Source: Chiloscyllium plagiosum
Taxonomy: Eukaryota
Direction of reading: 5' to 3'
Length of the DNA: 64,000 nt
Assembly: GCF_004010195.1 (NCBI RefSeq)
Contig: NC_057751.1
Coordinates: 17,771,768-17,835,767, forward strand
In this document: one piece after another, positions 39,442 to 52,439 of the stretch
How the letters are laid out: the number at the start of each line of letters is the position of its first letter
Position numbering within the stretch: position 1 is the first letter of the stretch
Made by a program: the position numbers and the translations under genes
The notes under the pieces: generated by a model
Database searches by the model: none
Told to the model about the DNA's origin: nothing
Seen by the model: only the letters and a program-made list of their open reading frames with translations

Positions 39442-39826
39442 TCGAGTGTGTGTGTTGCAATCCTGATTTTTCAGTACCGTAAACATGAGCTTCACTCCTG
39501 TATCTTCCAGTTCACTACTACCCAGATTCCGATCCATCAGTGACCCGTTTGTACTGAGAACCGAGGCGAGGTCCTCAGCACAAGCATCTGAGGTATTTTT
39601 TGTTAGTGTGTCTGAATCACATATGATGATGAAAGGGAAATAGATATTAAAGCAACTCCAGTGAATACTGATAACTCTGCGCTTGATATCAGTAAAACAC
39701 GCAGTGTCAAACATTCAGTTATTATAAATATAGTTTCATCCAGGTACTTACTGCAGTTTCTGTATCTTGCAGTCTGAATTTCTCAGAGACTCAGAGCGCA
39801 CTTTTACACTTGAATTGCAACCCAAT
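39442..39826 (-). pseudogene. Two NLR LRR exons (39826-39752 and 39611-39442)
   Basis: LGCNSSVKVRSESLRNSDCKIQKL|gtaagt and SDACAEDLASVLSTNGSLMDRNLGSSELEDTGVKLMFTVLKNQDCN|gtaaat; ribonuclease-inhibitor-type LRR pattern with AG/GT boundaries. Confidence 0.8.
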
Positions 39827-41121
39827 CTTAGCAAATGGAATGAGAAGCAGCCCAAATCAAACCTCGCTTCTGATAATGCAATTTTTGTTGTTGCAGATAT
39901 TAGAACGCATATTAATACAGAAAATAAAATTATGGAAGGGAATGGAATAGATTTCTCCAGCGTTCACAATGAATCGCGCTCTACTGAACTACGTTCAGTG
40001 GTGGGCAATAAATACACTGCTACCTCCAGAAAACCACTATCTTATCTTAGTCCTCTGAGGATCAAAAGTGCTGTTGGAGGTGCCCACAGCCTTTACATTT
40101 CAGTAACCTTATCAGCATAATGGTCAGATTTTTAAACGTTTCCCAAACATCCCATGCAGAGACTTATCTCACACGTGAAATGGATTGGATGAAATGCCTG
40201 GTGACACTGTGATCTCCAAGGTCCTGCCCACAGTGTTTGAAGCGTTGTTATGCGACTGTGCTCTAGGGCTAATGTTTCACAACATTTTAGATTTCAGATG
40301 TTGAAGTTTAAAAGCGTGAATCCTCAAGAATGCGAATAGCGCTAACCATGTTAAATTAAGAGAATTTCCATTTTCCCAACCTAGAAATTTTCCCTTGACA
40401 AAACACCAAATTGGATTAAGTGTGGAATGATTATGAGTCCAAATTCAACTTGGTTTCTCAAAATGTCTTTTGAGAACAACGTTTTTTTTGTGAGCTTGTA
40501 CCTTATGCAGGTATAGCATCCTTTGTTTTACCTGGCACCTTCTGAACTAGCACTCTATTAAAACTGGCAAAAGCTTCACTCCAGAAATGACAGACGTTTA
40601 CTGTATTATCGCCATCTCAATGTAGTCAGTTGGGGGTGCTCTCTGCGGTACGTTTTATTTAAGGCAAGTTACATTATTTTTGGGGGGGAATTATGCCATA
40701 AATAATGAATAACTGAAATGTGTGCACTCCTGGTATTCTGATTCTTTCACTTTTTGTGTGTTTTCTTACATTTTGGACATCTTTATCAACTGACATAGGT
40801 ACTGGATAATAAAAATGTTGTTGTATTTATGTTCCACCATCTAGCCTTATGAGCTGAATTACAATAATTACATCAGCCACTTCCAGTGATCTCGACTTGC
40901 TGAGTGAACATAGACTGTAAAATCACTCCTGATCCAAAAGGATCAATTTTACGTTCTCTAGCGCTGTCAAAATAACAGAATGATTCCTTGCATTATTGAT
41001 ACTTTCCGTGTTGAAGCTACTTCTGTCGTTTAATGGTTCAACTCGTTCCGTTTATGACAGAGAAACAACAAAATGCATTTCTGACCACTAACTCATCCAT
41101 CAATTGGAAACCAGGAATTAC

Positions 41122-42802
41122 TGCAATGCCTTGTGCAGAACACATCCCTGTCATTGTAGAACTTCAGAACCAATGATACATCTTTCTAAATCGAACAGTT
41201 TTACTGTCGCACAGAGATCAATAGCCTGAGACAGGACCAAACACTCAATCGTTTCAGTCGCAGCTCGCGAAATGCAAGTGCTTGCATAGATTCCACAGTG
41301 ACCTGAGCCAGTGCTTTATTGTGAGACTCGATCAGATGGTGAAATACATTCTGGTGATTCCTCTTTACAGTTCCAGTATTTATGTTTTCACACCGTGCTC
41401 TAAAACTTATCCTTCACCCAGTCAGTCAGGCAAGAGTTTGCGTGATGACAAAATGGGCCGAGACACTCTTCAAGTAGCCGAGCTGGCTGGGCGGAGGCCA
41501 GACCAGCAAACAAAAACAGAGAAATATCTATAACGGAACATCAACATTGCTGTGGGATTCACGGATGAGCTTCTGTATGTTTCCGTTGACTGGAGGGAGG
41601 AATTGAGAGAATGCAGACACAAAACCTTGGATGATGAGTGGCGGGAATTTGCAAACTACACTCCGGGCAGAAACATTTTCTCTCCAAAAGTTTCATCAGG
41701 AACCCAGACAGGAACCGGGAGTGTGTCAGGTGGTACGGTATCAAATCTGTTTTTCCAAACACAATCTTCTTCTCAGAGACTCGAGCGAAGGCCATCTCCT
41801 GAAACTTTAGTAACACATGACAGGAGGTTTCCAACTCTCGGTCATGGATTTCCAGAATATTGCTAACCCAGTGGGAGTATTTTTGTGTGAATGGTCCTGG
41901 GAACGTGCTGCTGTTTCCTGTGAAGAAGGGAGTCCAGTGAAAGGCCGAGGATCCTGCAGTACGAACGGTTGTACCTTATGGTGAACTGGAGCTCATTCGC
42001 CTCCACGTATTTGAAAGCGATGCTGACACTTACCAATCTCCAAAAAAGAACTTGAAGTATTCCTTTCGGCTCAGCACTAACAATTCCCGGATTTCGTATC
42101 AGACGTTGATCTCAAGCCTATTCCAATTAATGCCATGCAGTGGGACGAGTAATCAATAAAACTGAAAATCCTGGAGGAAGCTTGCATTGGATTAAGTGGC
42201 ACACACTGTCAGACACTTCACAACAGTTTTTAAAATCTGTGCACATGTAGTTTCTGTAGTTTTCCGATTCTCAGCAAAATCGATAGTGTCCATGAATTAA
42301 TCCAAACAATTGAATATACAAAGCAAACCCTCTGACTTCTTCCAAAGCACTCCCAAGCATTCCCGAAGTAAGGATATTGCTCCAGTGTGAAATTCCGCAT
42401 GTTAATCTTGTTCAAATCACGAAATTTAAAGCTTACATCAAATTTAAAATCCTGGCGCACTTTCTCAATTACCCAGTCATAAACTATTTTCATATCATTG
42501 CCTTTTTTTGTAATCTATGGGACACCACTCATGAGGATAAACTGCTCTTCAACAACGAGTCGTTTCAATTTTATTTTTCATTCCTCTTCGGAGATGTTTC
42601 TTTCTCCAATCCTTACGATATCACCCTGATACCAGCATATCATGCTCTACCAGTGTACGATCAGGTAAAGCAGAAATTATTGTTAGCTCAGCATATCGAT
42701 CAAACAGCTGGAAAGTGTTCTTTATCTCCTTTACTTGAACCATGCTCATTCGCAGGATTACAGTGTGCAACTCTAGTGTCTCATTTTCTTTCTCTTGAAT
42801 TG
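41122..42802 (-). pseudogene. NLR (NLRP3/NLRC3-like) large exon: FISNA-like + NACHT + winged helix + helical domain; pseudogene
   Basis: FQLFDRYAELTIIS..LVEHDML; degraded Walker A (SGVP*ITKK) before KIVYDW; FKFRDLNKIN; EQYPYFGN; LLKFQEMAF.RVSEKKIVF; FLSGFLMKLLE; SVVCKFPPLIIQGFVSA; HLIESHNKALAQVTV; many stops and frameshifts. Confidence 0.88.
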
Positions 42803-42859
42803 CTTCAGTACGAGCAGACAGAAAGTGATTTCCATGATATTTAGTTATCTTGAATAACT

Positions 42860-43815
42860 TTTCGGTGAGATGGCGATAGAAAGAATGTTGTGAAACTTGA
42901 GAAGGTTAAGATCAGATTTACAAGAATGTTGCAGGGTTCAGGGGCTTGAGGTATATCGAGAGAGTTTGAATCGGCTGTGGCGATTTTCCCTGGAGCATCG
43001 GAGGCTGAAGGCTGACCTTACAAAAGTTTTTAAAATTAGGGGAACATGGATAGTTTGAATTGTCATGGTCTATTTCCCTGGTGTGGGAGTCCAAAAGGAG
43101 ATGGATAAATTGGATTGAAGACTCTTTATTCGAGCTATACAGTGCTATATCTCTATTGAACGGTCAATGGATTAGTGTGACATTTGATTTGCAGCTTCGA
43201 TGACTGTTGAAGCATTTAAGATATGGTCACTTTAAACGCCACTTAGAAGTTAATACCAGTGGAGAAAATTTTTAATTTTTTCACAGAATTCTAATTGTTG
43301 CACATGGAGATTTTTCTCGTTATATATGGTAGATTGATAGAGATGTCCAGAATGGAAACTGACCCTGCTGTCAAGCCCGGCCATGCTGGCCACGTACTTT
43401 AAATGTATCTCATCACATTTGGCAGCGTTTGGCCCATATCTCTCCGAACACTTCCTTTTCATGTACATAACCAGATTCCTCCAAGCTGTTTTAATTATCT
43501 CAGCCTTCAACACATGCTGTGGCAGCTCATTCTATGCAGGCACCACCCTCCACGTGAATAATGTTTCCCCTTGGATCGATTTCTAAACGTTCCTCTCTCA
43601 TCCTAAAACTTTATGCTCCAGTTCTGGACGCCATTACACCAAGGAAGAGACTTTGCTCATTTACCCTGTTCATGCCTTCATGATTTTCTTAACCTCTATA
43701 AGGACACTTCTCACCTCCGACGCTCCAGGCAAAACAGCCCCAGACTATTCAGACTCTATCGATAGGTAAAAAATTCCAATGCCAGGATGCTTGTTTTTTT
43801 CTGAAACCTTTCAAA
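42860..43815. mobile_element. Two CR1 fragments (+ 42860-43110; - 43330-43815)
   Basis: 'gttgtgaaacttgagaaggtt...tttacaagaatgttg' (+) and a minus-strand 3' end with 'YMKRKCSERYGPNA'. Confidence 0.7.
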
Positions 43816-44179
43816 TTTAGGAAGAGTTAACTGCCTTGTTGCAGTACCTCAACTCCACGAGGCACAACATACGTTAGACAAAAAATGGTGCATTCAGTTT
43901 TAATTATGACCAGTGATATATTATGACATCTGTATTTCTGAAAACAAAGGTTTCTTTTATAAAGAATCGCACAGATATTCTGATCAGATTCAGAAATTCC
44001 AAGTACCTTTGGAAGCTTACTCGGCTTGTGATTACTTTAGAATGGTTTCCTTTAACAAATTAGGCAGAAATCCACAAATCCACTAAAAAGGAGATCTTTG
44101 TTAAATCTAAAATGTCAGTGTACCATGAACTGTCATTTTGTTTTACAGCTGCGCAGTCAGCCAACTGTGACCGTTGCTA

Positions 44180-45430
44180 AGAAAGGGTCGAGACAAAAAC
44201 ACTGCAGATACAGGGAATTCAAGCCAGGCAAGCAGACGACTGGAAGAATACAAGAAACCAGGCAGAATCAGGTGGTGGAAACGCCAATGTTTTGGGTGTA
44301 ATCCGTCTTTAGAACTGGGAGTTTGTGCATGGGGAGCTGCAGATAAACGAGTGCAGGGCTTTTTTGAGGAGATGGGTAGTAAGTTCGGGATAGGTGAACA
44401 TAGGTCAATGGTAAGACTTGGTAGATCGATGGGAGGAACAAATATAGTTGGCAAAGGGGAGAAAGGGTCGATCAGAGGAATTGAATGGGACGAGGATGGA
44501 AAGGAAGACAAGGCTGGGAAGGGTTGTTGTCTGAAATCGGAGAAAACAATTATGTCTCCTCCAGGTTGGAGGGTGCATGATGAGACCAAACATAAACTCA
44601 GCGTAATTTCCCCACATGGGCCCACATGGGCTGATCTGACTTCTTAGGCACCACTCACTGCAATTTCTCCTCTTGATCCCTTTCTAACCTGACCATCCTT
44701 GCACCCCTCCATTGCTAAAGCGAATTGGCGCAGAAATTGGAGCAACTTCACTTCATTTCCTGGGCATTCGAATGACAACGTGCAGTTCCTGCAATGGAAG
44801 GGAGGGAATGGACCGGAAAGGTCGTCAGGGGAATGGAAAGGGTTGTTATTGAAATTGGAGAACTCAATGATGTGATCTACAATTTCCAAAGAAGCACCCT
44901 TTCCATCCCCTCACTCCCTTTCCAACTCCTTCCCCTCGACTCCATTGCTCTGATCTGCCATTCCAACCACAGTTACTCTTACCATCTACCTAAAAGAGTG
45001 TACCCTCTGCCTGTGTCCACCTCTTCGTATCTGTCAACGCGACCCTCTCCCCACCAAGAAGCCTTCCCCAATGCCCAGATCCCCTGACACACACCCCCAG
45101 AGCTGAAGAAAAGTTCTACCTGAAACGTTGATCTCTATACGTCCTGATGCTGCCTGGCCTGCTGTGTTCTTCCAGATGGACTACTGTGAAAGAGTAAGAA
45201 AAAAACCTATATGTTGAGGAAAGATAGCAGATGGTTCGGCGAGCACATGAATAGGCTTGTAGCATTCCAGGTGAGTGTGGCGTCAGGTAAGTGGAATACA
45301 ATGGTGTGAGATGATTGAAAGAGTGTGTAGCCTATATCAGGATTTGGGTTCAACCCCCCCCAGTGTTTTGGATTCGGGAGCTGAAGGATGGTCTTCTGTT
45401 GTCTTTGAGGGGGTCATCGGGTACAGCCAG
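44180..45430. mobile_element. Penelope-like fragments in opposite orientations (- 44180-44640; + 44640-45180; - 45180-45430)
   Basis: Terminal motifs 'aacactgcagatacaggg' (-) and 'ctgaagaaaagttctacctgaaacgttg...gatgctgcctggcctgctgtgttcttccag' (+); GIY-YIG-like 'EEAKFMF/TLQPGG' remnant. Confidence 0.65.
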
Positions 45431-45454
45431 GAGTGAAAATGTCATTTGGTGAGG

Positions 45455-46925
45455 TAAAGAATGATTAGGGATAGTCAGAATAGCTTCGCACGTAGGAAAT
45501 CGTCGCTCAAAAATGGGATTGTTCATGTTTTAAGAATTGACCAAGCATACAAAGGAAAGAAGAATGGTAGACATTGTCTGCATCGAATTTAGCATTGCGT
45601 TTGACATGGTGCTGCATGGTAGACTGGTTAGTGAGTTCAGATTACATGAGATCTAGGGAAAGCTCGCCAATTGGATGAAAGATTGGCTTGATGATTGGAG
45701 AAGAAGGGTGCTAATGTGAGATTATTAAGGATCCACTTTTGTTTGTCATTTCCCAAGCGATTTGAACCAAAACATAGGAGGCACGGTTAGTAAGCTTACA
45801 CATGACAGCCACATCAAAGTATTTCAGTCAGTGTAGAAGGTCATTTCAGAATCAAAAGTGATCTTGTTTTACTTGTCCAGTCAGTCGAGAATGTCAGATG
45901 GAGTTTACTACTGTTGATTGCAAGAGGTTGCATTTTTTTAAGACAAGGCAGAAAAAAAGCAAGCAGATTTAATGGTAGCGCCCTGTGCAGGGTTGTCAAA
46001 CAGAGAGAAGCAGGGGTTCAACTGCGATAATCCTTCATTGTGGCATCACAGAAGGGAGGGTGGGAAAAAAGGCCTTTGGAATGTTTGACTGAATTAGTCA
46101 CAGCATGCACTATCGGCGTTGGGACACATTGTTCCAGTTGTATAGGATGTTGCTAAGGCCACATTTAGAGCTCTGCATGCTAGTCTGATCACCCTACTGT
46201 CGAAAAACTTGTATTAAATTAGAAAGGGCAAACAAAAAGATTTCCAAGGATATTACCGAGATTGAAGGGAGCCTGAGTTAAAAAGAAATGTTAGAAAAGC
46301 TGGGGTATTTTTCCCTGGAGTATTGGAGACTGAGAGGTGACTTTCCAGCGCTGTAAAAATCACGTTCGACATAGAAAAGGTGAATAGTCAAAGTCTTTTT
46401 CCCAGAGCAGGGGAGTCCAAATTGTAATAATTTTAAGGTGAGCGAAGAACGTTTAAAATTGAACGTGGGGCAACCTTCTCACACAGAGGGTTGTGTGTTT
46501 ATAGAATGAGCTGACAGATGAACTAGTGGAGAAAGTGAGGTCTGCAGATGCTGGAGATCAGAGATGGAAATGTGTTGCTGGAAAAGCGCAGCAGGTCAGG
46601 CAGCATCTAGGGAACAGGAGAATCGACGTTTCGGGCATTAGCCCTTCTTCAGGCTAATGCCCGAAACGTCGATTCTCCTGTTCCCTAGATGCTGCCTGAC
46701 CTGCTGCGCTTTTCCAGCAACACATTTCCATCTCTGATCTCCAGCAGAGGAACTAGTGGAGGAGAGTATAATTGCAATATTTAGATGACTTTGGAAACGT
46801 AAATGGATAGGTTAAAAATAGAGGGGTATTGATCAAATGGAGGATAACTGGACTAGTTCAGTTCACGAAACCTGGTCCGCATGAATAGGTTTGGCCAAAG
46901 GGTCAGTTTGCATTCTGTATGATAT
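45455..46925 (+). mobile_element. Old CR1 LINE RT and 3' end, hosting a Penelope fold-back insertion
   Basis: 'gaatttagcattgcgtttgacatggtgctgcatggtagactgg' resembles [14 protein letters not shown]; 3' end at ~46920. Confidence 0.75.
46530..46746. mobile_element. Penelope-derived fold-back insertion: perfect 95-bp inverted repeat with an 8-nt loop and TSD
   Basis: 46549-46643 is the exact reverse complement of 46652-46746; flanks caga(t/g)gaactagtggag at 46515-46531 and 46745-46761. Confidence 0.9.
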
Positions 46926-47289
46926 GGAGCGTCAGAGTGAGCAGGTCGGGAGAGTTATTGGGTTTGGGGCCTGGCTGTGGTCATGGAGCAGGGACAGGTT
47001 TCAGAGTGATGTGTGGTAGGGAGACACAATGGGAAAGGTCTGACACTGTTATGTGAGGGTTCATAATGATGATGGATGTGGTGACTGGCCAGTGGGATGG
47101 CAGTGACAGTAAGATGCAGAAGTAAGATCAAATGCTGAAAAGCTTGGAGACAGGATTTAGGATTGCTGGTTCAGGATTGAATTAACATGCAGGTTAGTTG
47201 GCACTTCGGAAGGCAAAAACAATGTTAGCATTCATTTCGAGTTGGGCTGGAATATAACAGAAAGGCTGTGGAGCAATAATAACACCAAA

Positions 47290-49975
47290 CGTCGGAGCAA
47301 GAGTAGGCCATCTCGCCCATTGACCCTCCTTCTCCATCCAAAAGAAATCTTGGTTGATCTTTTCATGCTCTCAGCTCCACCTACCTGCCAGCTGACTGAA
47401 ACCCTTAGTTCCTTACTGTTCAAAATCTAACTACCTTTCCTTTAAAAAAATTACTTCCAATGAGCTGGCGTACATTGTGCAACTGGGCAGCGAATTCAAA
47501 GCCTTTAGTGCAGAAGTATTACCTCAACTGAGACCGAAATCTGCTCACCTTTTCTTAATGCTATGCCTCCTGGTTCTAGTTTCACCCGCCAGTGGAAACA
47601 ATCGACCTGCTTCTATCTTATCTATTCCCTCCACATTTCTCTATGTTCCTCTAAGATGTCCCCTCAGTCTTTTAAATTCCAATGAGTATAGTCCCAAATT
47701 ACTCAATCTGTCCTCGCAAACCAACACGCTCAATTCTGGAGTCAACTCAGTGAAACTCCTCTACACCTTCTCCCGTGCCTTTTCACAAGCCCGATAAACA
47801 AAACTGTACGCAATGCTTCAAGTGTGGTCTCACCAGCACACTGCACAGCTGCCTCATTGACGCCCTACTTAAAACTACACGCCTCGAGAAATGAACGACT
47901 ATATTGCATTCCCATCTTAATTGCCTGCTGCAATTTCAAATAATCTTTTTGAGATTAACAGACAAGGACACACAGACCACTCTGCACAACGGCATGCTGC
48001 AATTGTTCATCATTTAAATGATAGTCCATAATACTAAAATGGTAACCTAATATTTACCAACCTTGTCCTCGACCTGACTTATCAATTCGCCTCAACGTAT
48101 GAATATCCATGTGTATACTTTCAGTGTCTTCTGCATACTTTGGTCTATCATTCATCTGTGAACTCTGCATTTGGTCCCCAACTATAAATCCTGTGTGCAA
48201 ACTGAAAATAATTGCGGTTCCAATACGTATACTTGTGGAATATTAATAACCACTGATGCTTAACCAGAAAGTCAACTAATTATATTTTGCTTACTGTTAA
48301 TTCAGCAATCTTTTGTCATGCTTGACACATGACCCATAATGCAGTCACTATTAATTTTATACAATTAACTTTTGTGTGCAATTTATCGAATGCCATCTGT
48401 AAATGCACAGACACCACATCTGCTGGGTCTCCAATGTCCGCCGGGCTCAGAATGTCTTCGAAGAATTCCAGTGAAGCAGTGAAACTGACTTGCGTTTCAT
48501 GAACCCATGTTGAATCTGACAAGTTGGACAATTTCTGTCCAGATGTCTCGCTAAATCTTCTTTGAATAAATATCTAAACATTTAACACATTGCATAGGTT
48601 AAACTAACACATGTACACTTACACGCTTTTTGTGTAGCTTCTTTTAAAAAAAAGTCGAGTCAAAATTGCAGTTTTCCAATCTTTTGTAAGCGCCAAGCGA
48701 AAATTCCTCAAGCATATTTGTTATTTATCTCCCCTTCCGTCTTACTACTCAAAGATGCATTTCATCAGGGTCAGCTGACTTGTTTACTTCCAACCATACT
48801 AACTTGGCCAGTACTAGTTCTTTAGTGATATGATCGCTTTCAAGTCTTCACCTGCCTTCGACTCCTTGTCAACAATTATTAGCAAGTGATCTGTGTCTCC
48901 CACACTGAAGACGGGCACACAATAGCTGTTCAATACGTCGACCATTTCCTCATTTCCAACTAGTACATTCAGCTTCCCATCTGCTAAAGAACCAATGTTT
49001 AACTTAGTTACTTGTTTTCGTTTTATATATTTGTTAAAAAGAATCTTTGTTTGACATATATTCCGAGCTTATTTACTCTTCATTATTACTTTCCTCTGTA
49101 CTTTTCTTCGTGGTTATCTTTTGACCATTGACGATTTCCAAATTCCCTAGTTTCCCACTATACTTTGTTACTTTGCATGCAGTAGCTTCCAATTTACATT
49201 CATAGAGTTATAGAGACGTACAACACAGAAACAGACCCTTCAGTCCAAATCGGTCATGCTGACCAGATATCGCAAACCCAATCTAGTCCCACCTGATAGA
49301 ATCTGTCCCATATCCCTCCAAACACTTCCGATTCAAACACCCTTTCAGATGTCTTTTAAATGTTGCAATTTTACTAGACTCCACCACTTAATCTGGCAGC
49401 TTATTCCAAACACGGACCAACATCTGCGTGAAAAAGTTGTCCCTTAGGTTTTTTTTTATATCTTTCCCCTCTCACCCCAAACCTACGTCCTCTAGTTCTT
49501 GACTCCCGAGCCCCAGGGAGAAGACTTTGTCTATTTATCCTATCGGTGACGCTCAGGATTTTATAAACGTTTATAAGGTCAGCCGTCAGCCTCCGACGCT
49601 CCAGGAGCCATATTCAACCTCTGCCAACAGCTCAAATTCTCCAAGCCCGGCAGCATCCTTGTTAATCTTTTTTCTGCATCCTTACAAGTTTTCAACATCC
49701 TTTCGATAGGAAGGATACCAGAATTTCGCACAATATTCCAGTAGTTGTCGAAAACACGTCCTGTACAGCTGTAACATGACCTCCCAACTCCTGTACTCAA
49801 TACTCTAACATATAAAGGAAAGCATACCAAACGCATTTTTCACTGTCCTATCTAACTGCGAAACCACTTTCAGGAAGATATGAACCTGGACTCCAAGGTC
49901 TCTTTGTTCAGCAACACGCCCGATGACCTTACCATTAAGTGTATAAGTCCTGCTAAGATTTGCTTTCCCAAAATG
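47290..49975 (-). mobile_element. Old CR1 LINE (47290-~49190) plus a younger CR1/HER1 3' fragment (49200-49975)
   Basis: SLEFFEDI...DVVSVHLQMAFDKL; the 49200-49975 block is the reverse complement of the family at 37530-38268. Confidence 0.75.
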
Positions 49976-51824
49976 CATGTACCTCTTATGCTTGCATCAT
50001 CTTTCTTTCTGGTTTCACCTGTGTGTAGTGTTGTTCATGCTCTGCGTTGTTCAGCCACAGAGTATTCAGCCCCGTCCACGCTTAATTTCCCCTTTGGTAG
50101 ATTTGCAGCAATTTGTGGTCAAAGTTAAAAGCAAATTATTGCACTGCCAGAACCACAGCGTTAGTTCTATCAACAAGTGCTGTTTTCCTCTCTTTTCTTC
50201 AACAAAACCTGACGACTTTATATCGTAAGATGAACATATAACAAATAATCCTGGATGCGAGTATGTCGATTATTTGCATACGGTTAGAACTTCATTGCAC
50301 CCTTCCGTTTTCATTTTGTTTCCTTAGACACTTGCAGTGAGTTTTTAAATCCGTAAGAGACTGAAAACTCCGAACACCAAACTTGATTATAATGACACAG
50401 AAATGAAAGGGGTCTTTGACATATTTTTTTTCTTTAGGATATCCTGCAGATTCATTTTTCCTTGCTTCGAACACTTTATTTTTTCTTATATTATAGCATA
50501 ATAGCAATAAATGGCATTTCGAACTCATTTTACAAAGAGCACATTCATCCAGCTGGAAAGATTGAAGGTGATTCAGAAGTTTTTTTTAGGTTAGTGGTCA
50601 AATTAATTCGAGATGTGAATTGAAGGACTGACCGACAGTTGTTCAAGCAATGTTTCTCTTTATTTTGTACTTCCTTTCATAAACTTGCAAAGGCAGAGAC
50701 CTTTTTGAAAACTTAACAGTTCCCAAATTATGCTCTGGTCGCGTAAGTATTCCTGAAGGACTTCGTCTCAATGCAGAAGTTCATTGGTGATTTTTATTGT
50801 TATGGACGAGAGCAGACCAGACCACAAATGTACCCCCCACGTCCAATTCCAGCCAACCCTCAAGCCAAGGTATATTATGGGAATAGCACAAATCCCAACA
50901 AGTATATTTTTCAAATGACAAGAGTAAGGCATTTTTTTCCAAACATAATTTGATTTCACTACCACGAAATTTTCATCAAAACATACCATATTCTGACGGG
51001 ACAACTGAAATAAAACTTAAAAAGGATTTTACTGTGTTGCCATCCTTAACAAGCTAATATATTATTTACCCAGATTAAGAGCAGCGAGGCTATTCTGCAG
51101 CTCGAAATAACCCTGGTTAGACCACAGTTAGTATGTTGTCATTAGTTCTGGAAGTTTTAAGAAGGGTGCAGAGGAGATTTACCGGAATGCTGCTGCATGG
51201 GTTTTAGGGTATGTATTAATAAGGGAGGTTGAGGAGGCTACACCTTTTCTCATTGAAGCGAAGAAGGATGAGAGGTGACCTGATAGAGGTGTACAAGATG
51301 ATGTGAGGCATAGGTAGAGTGGATAGCCAGAAACACCTTCGCAACAGAATGCAAAACGGCAGCTCCAAGAGCAACCAAATTAATAACGATGTGAAAGGAA
51401 ATCTGTTCAATCTGTGTTAACCTTGTTGTGTTCATTCATTATTTTTTCATCTTACTGAAAAAGTAAAATCAACCAGGGAGAAGTCACAGCTATTGACCCC
51501 GCTGCCTGTCTGAGGAGACATTTCGGCACGAATGTGACAGGACTCCTCTGCAAGGGAAACAAGTCAGAGTCTCTTATGGGGACAATATCGCCACGATGTT
51601 TCAAACATATAGGCGAGAATGAAGAATGATTCAGAAGTGTAAGTCTGTAAACTGTGGATTATAGGGGGAAAAACAAAAAAAAAAACATTGTCTTTCAAAC
51701 ACTTAATGTTCTTGGAAAAAAATCCAAATTTGATTCACAGACAGTTTTGTTTTACCTTGATAGGAAAATCTTGAACTAGAGCTCGGAACCCGACGTCGAG
51801 GGTTCTGACAATGTGGTCCAAAAG

Positions 51825-52145
51825 ACCATTAGACCATAAGACCTAGGAGTGGAAGTAAAGGCATTCAGCCCATCGAGCCCACTCCGCCATTCAATCATGG
51901 CTGATGGGCATTTCAACTCCACTTACCCGCATTCTCCCCGTAGCCCTTAATTCCTTGTGACATCAAGAATTTATCCATCTCTGCTTTGAAGACATTTAGA
52001 GTCCCGGCCTCCACTGCACTCCGCGGCAATGAATTCCACAGGCTCACCACTCTCTGGCTGAAGAAATGTCTCCACATTTCTGTTCTGAATTGTCCCCCTC
52101 TAATTCTAAGGCTATGTCCACGGGTCCTAGTCTCCTCGACTAACA
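51825..52145 (-). mobile_element. Young CR1 3'-end fragment
   Basis: Open frame ETRTRGHSLRIRGGQFRTEMWRHFFSQRVVSLWNSLP...; tail repeats agaccat(t/a)ag. Confidence 0.85.
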
Positions 52146-52150
52146 ATTGA

Positions 52151-52435
52151 GGAGAAAGTGAGGTCTGCAGATGCTGGAGATCAGAGCTGAAAATGTGTTG
52201 CTGGAAAAGCGCAGCAGGTCAGGCAGCATCCAGGGAACAGGAGAATCGACGTTTCGGGCATAAGCCCTTCTTCAGGAATGAGGAAAGTTTGTCCAGCAGG
52301 CTAAGATAAAAGGTAGGGAGGAGGGACTTGGGGGAGGGGCGTCAGAAATGTGATAGGTGGAAAGAGGTCAAAGTGAGGGTGATAGGTCAGACTGGGGTGG
52401 GGGCAGAGAGGTCAGGAAGAAGATTGCAGGTTAGG
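52151..52435 (-). mobile_element. Young Penelope 3' terminal repeat with hammerhead core (~52243-52280)
   Basis: Minus strand reads cattc CTGAAGA a gggc ttat gccc GAAA c GTC gatt. Confidence 0.85.
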
Positions 52436-52439
52436 AATT

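Noticed and set aside
42377..42844. 155-aa plus-strand ORF (and 41552-41866)
   Set aside because: Antisense shadows of the NACHT pseudo-exon.
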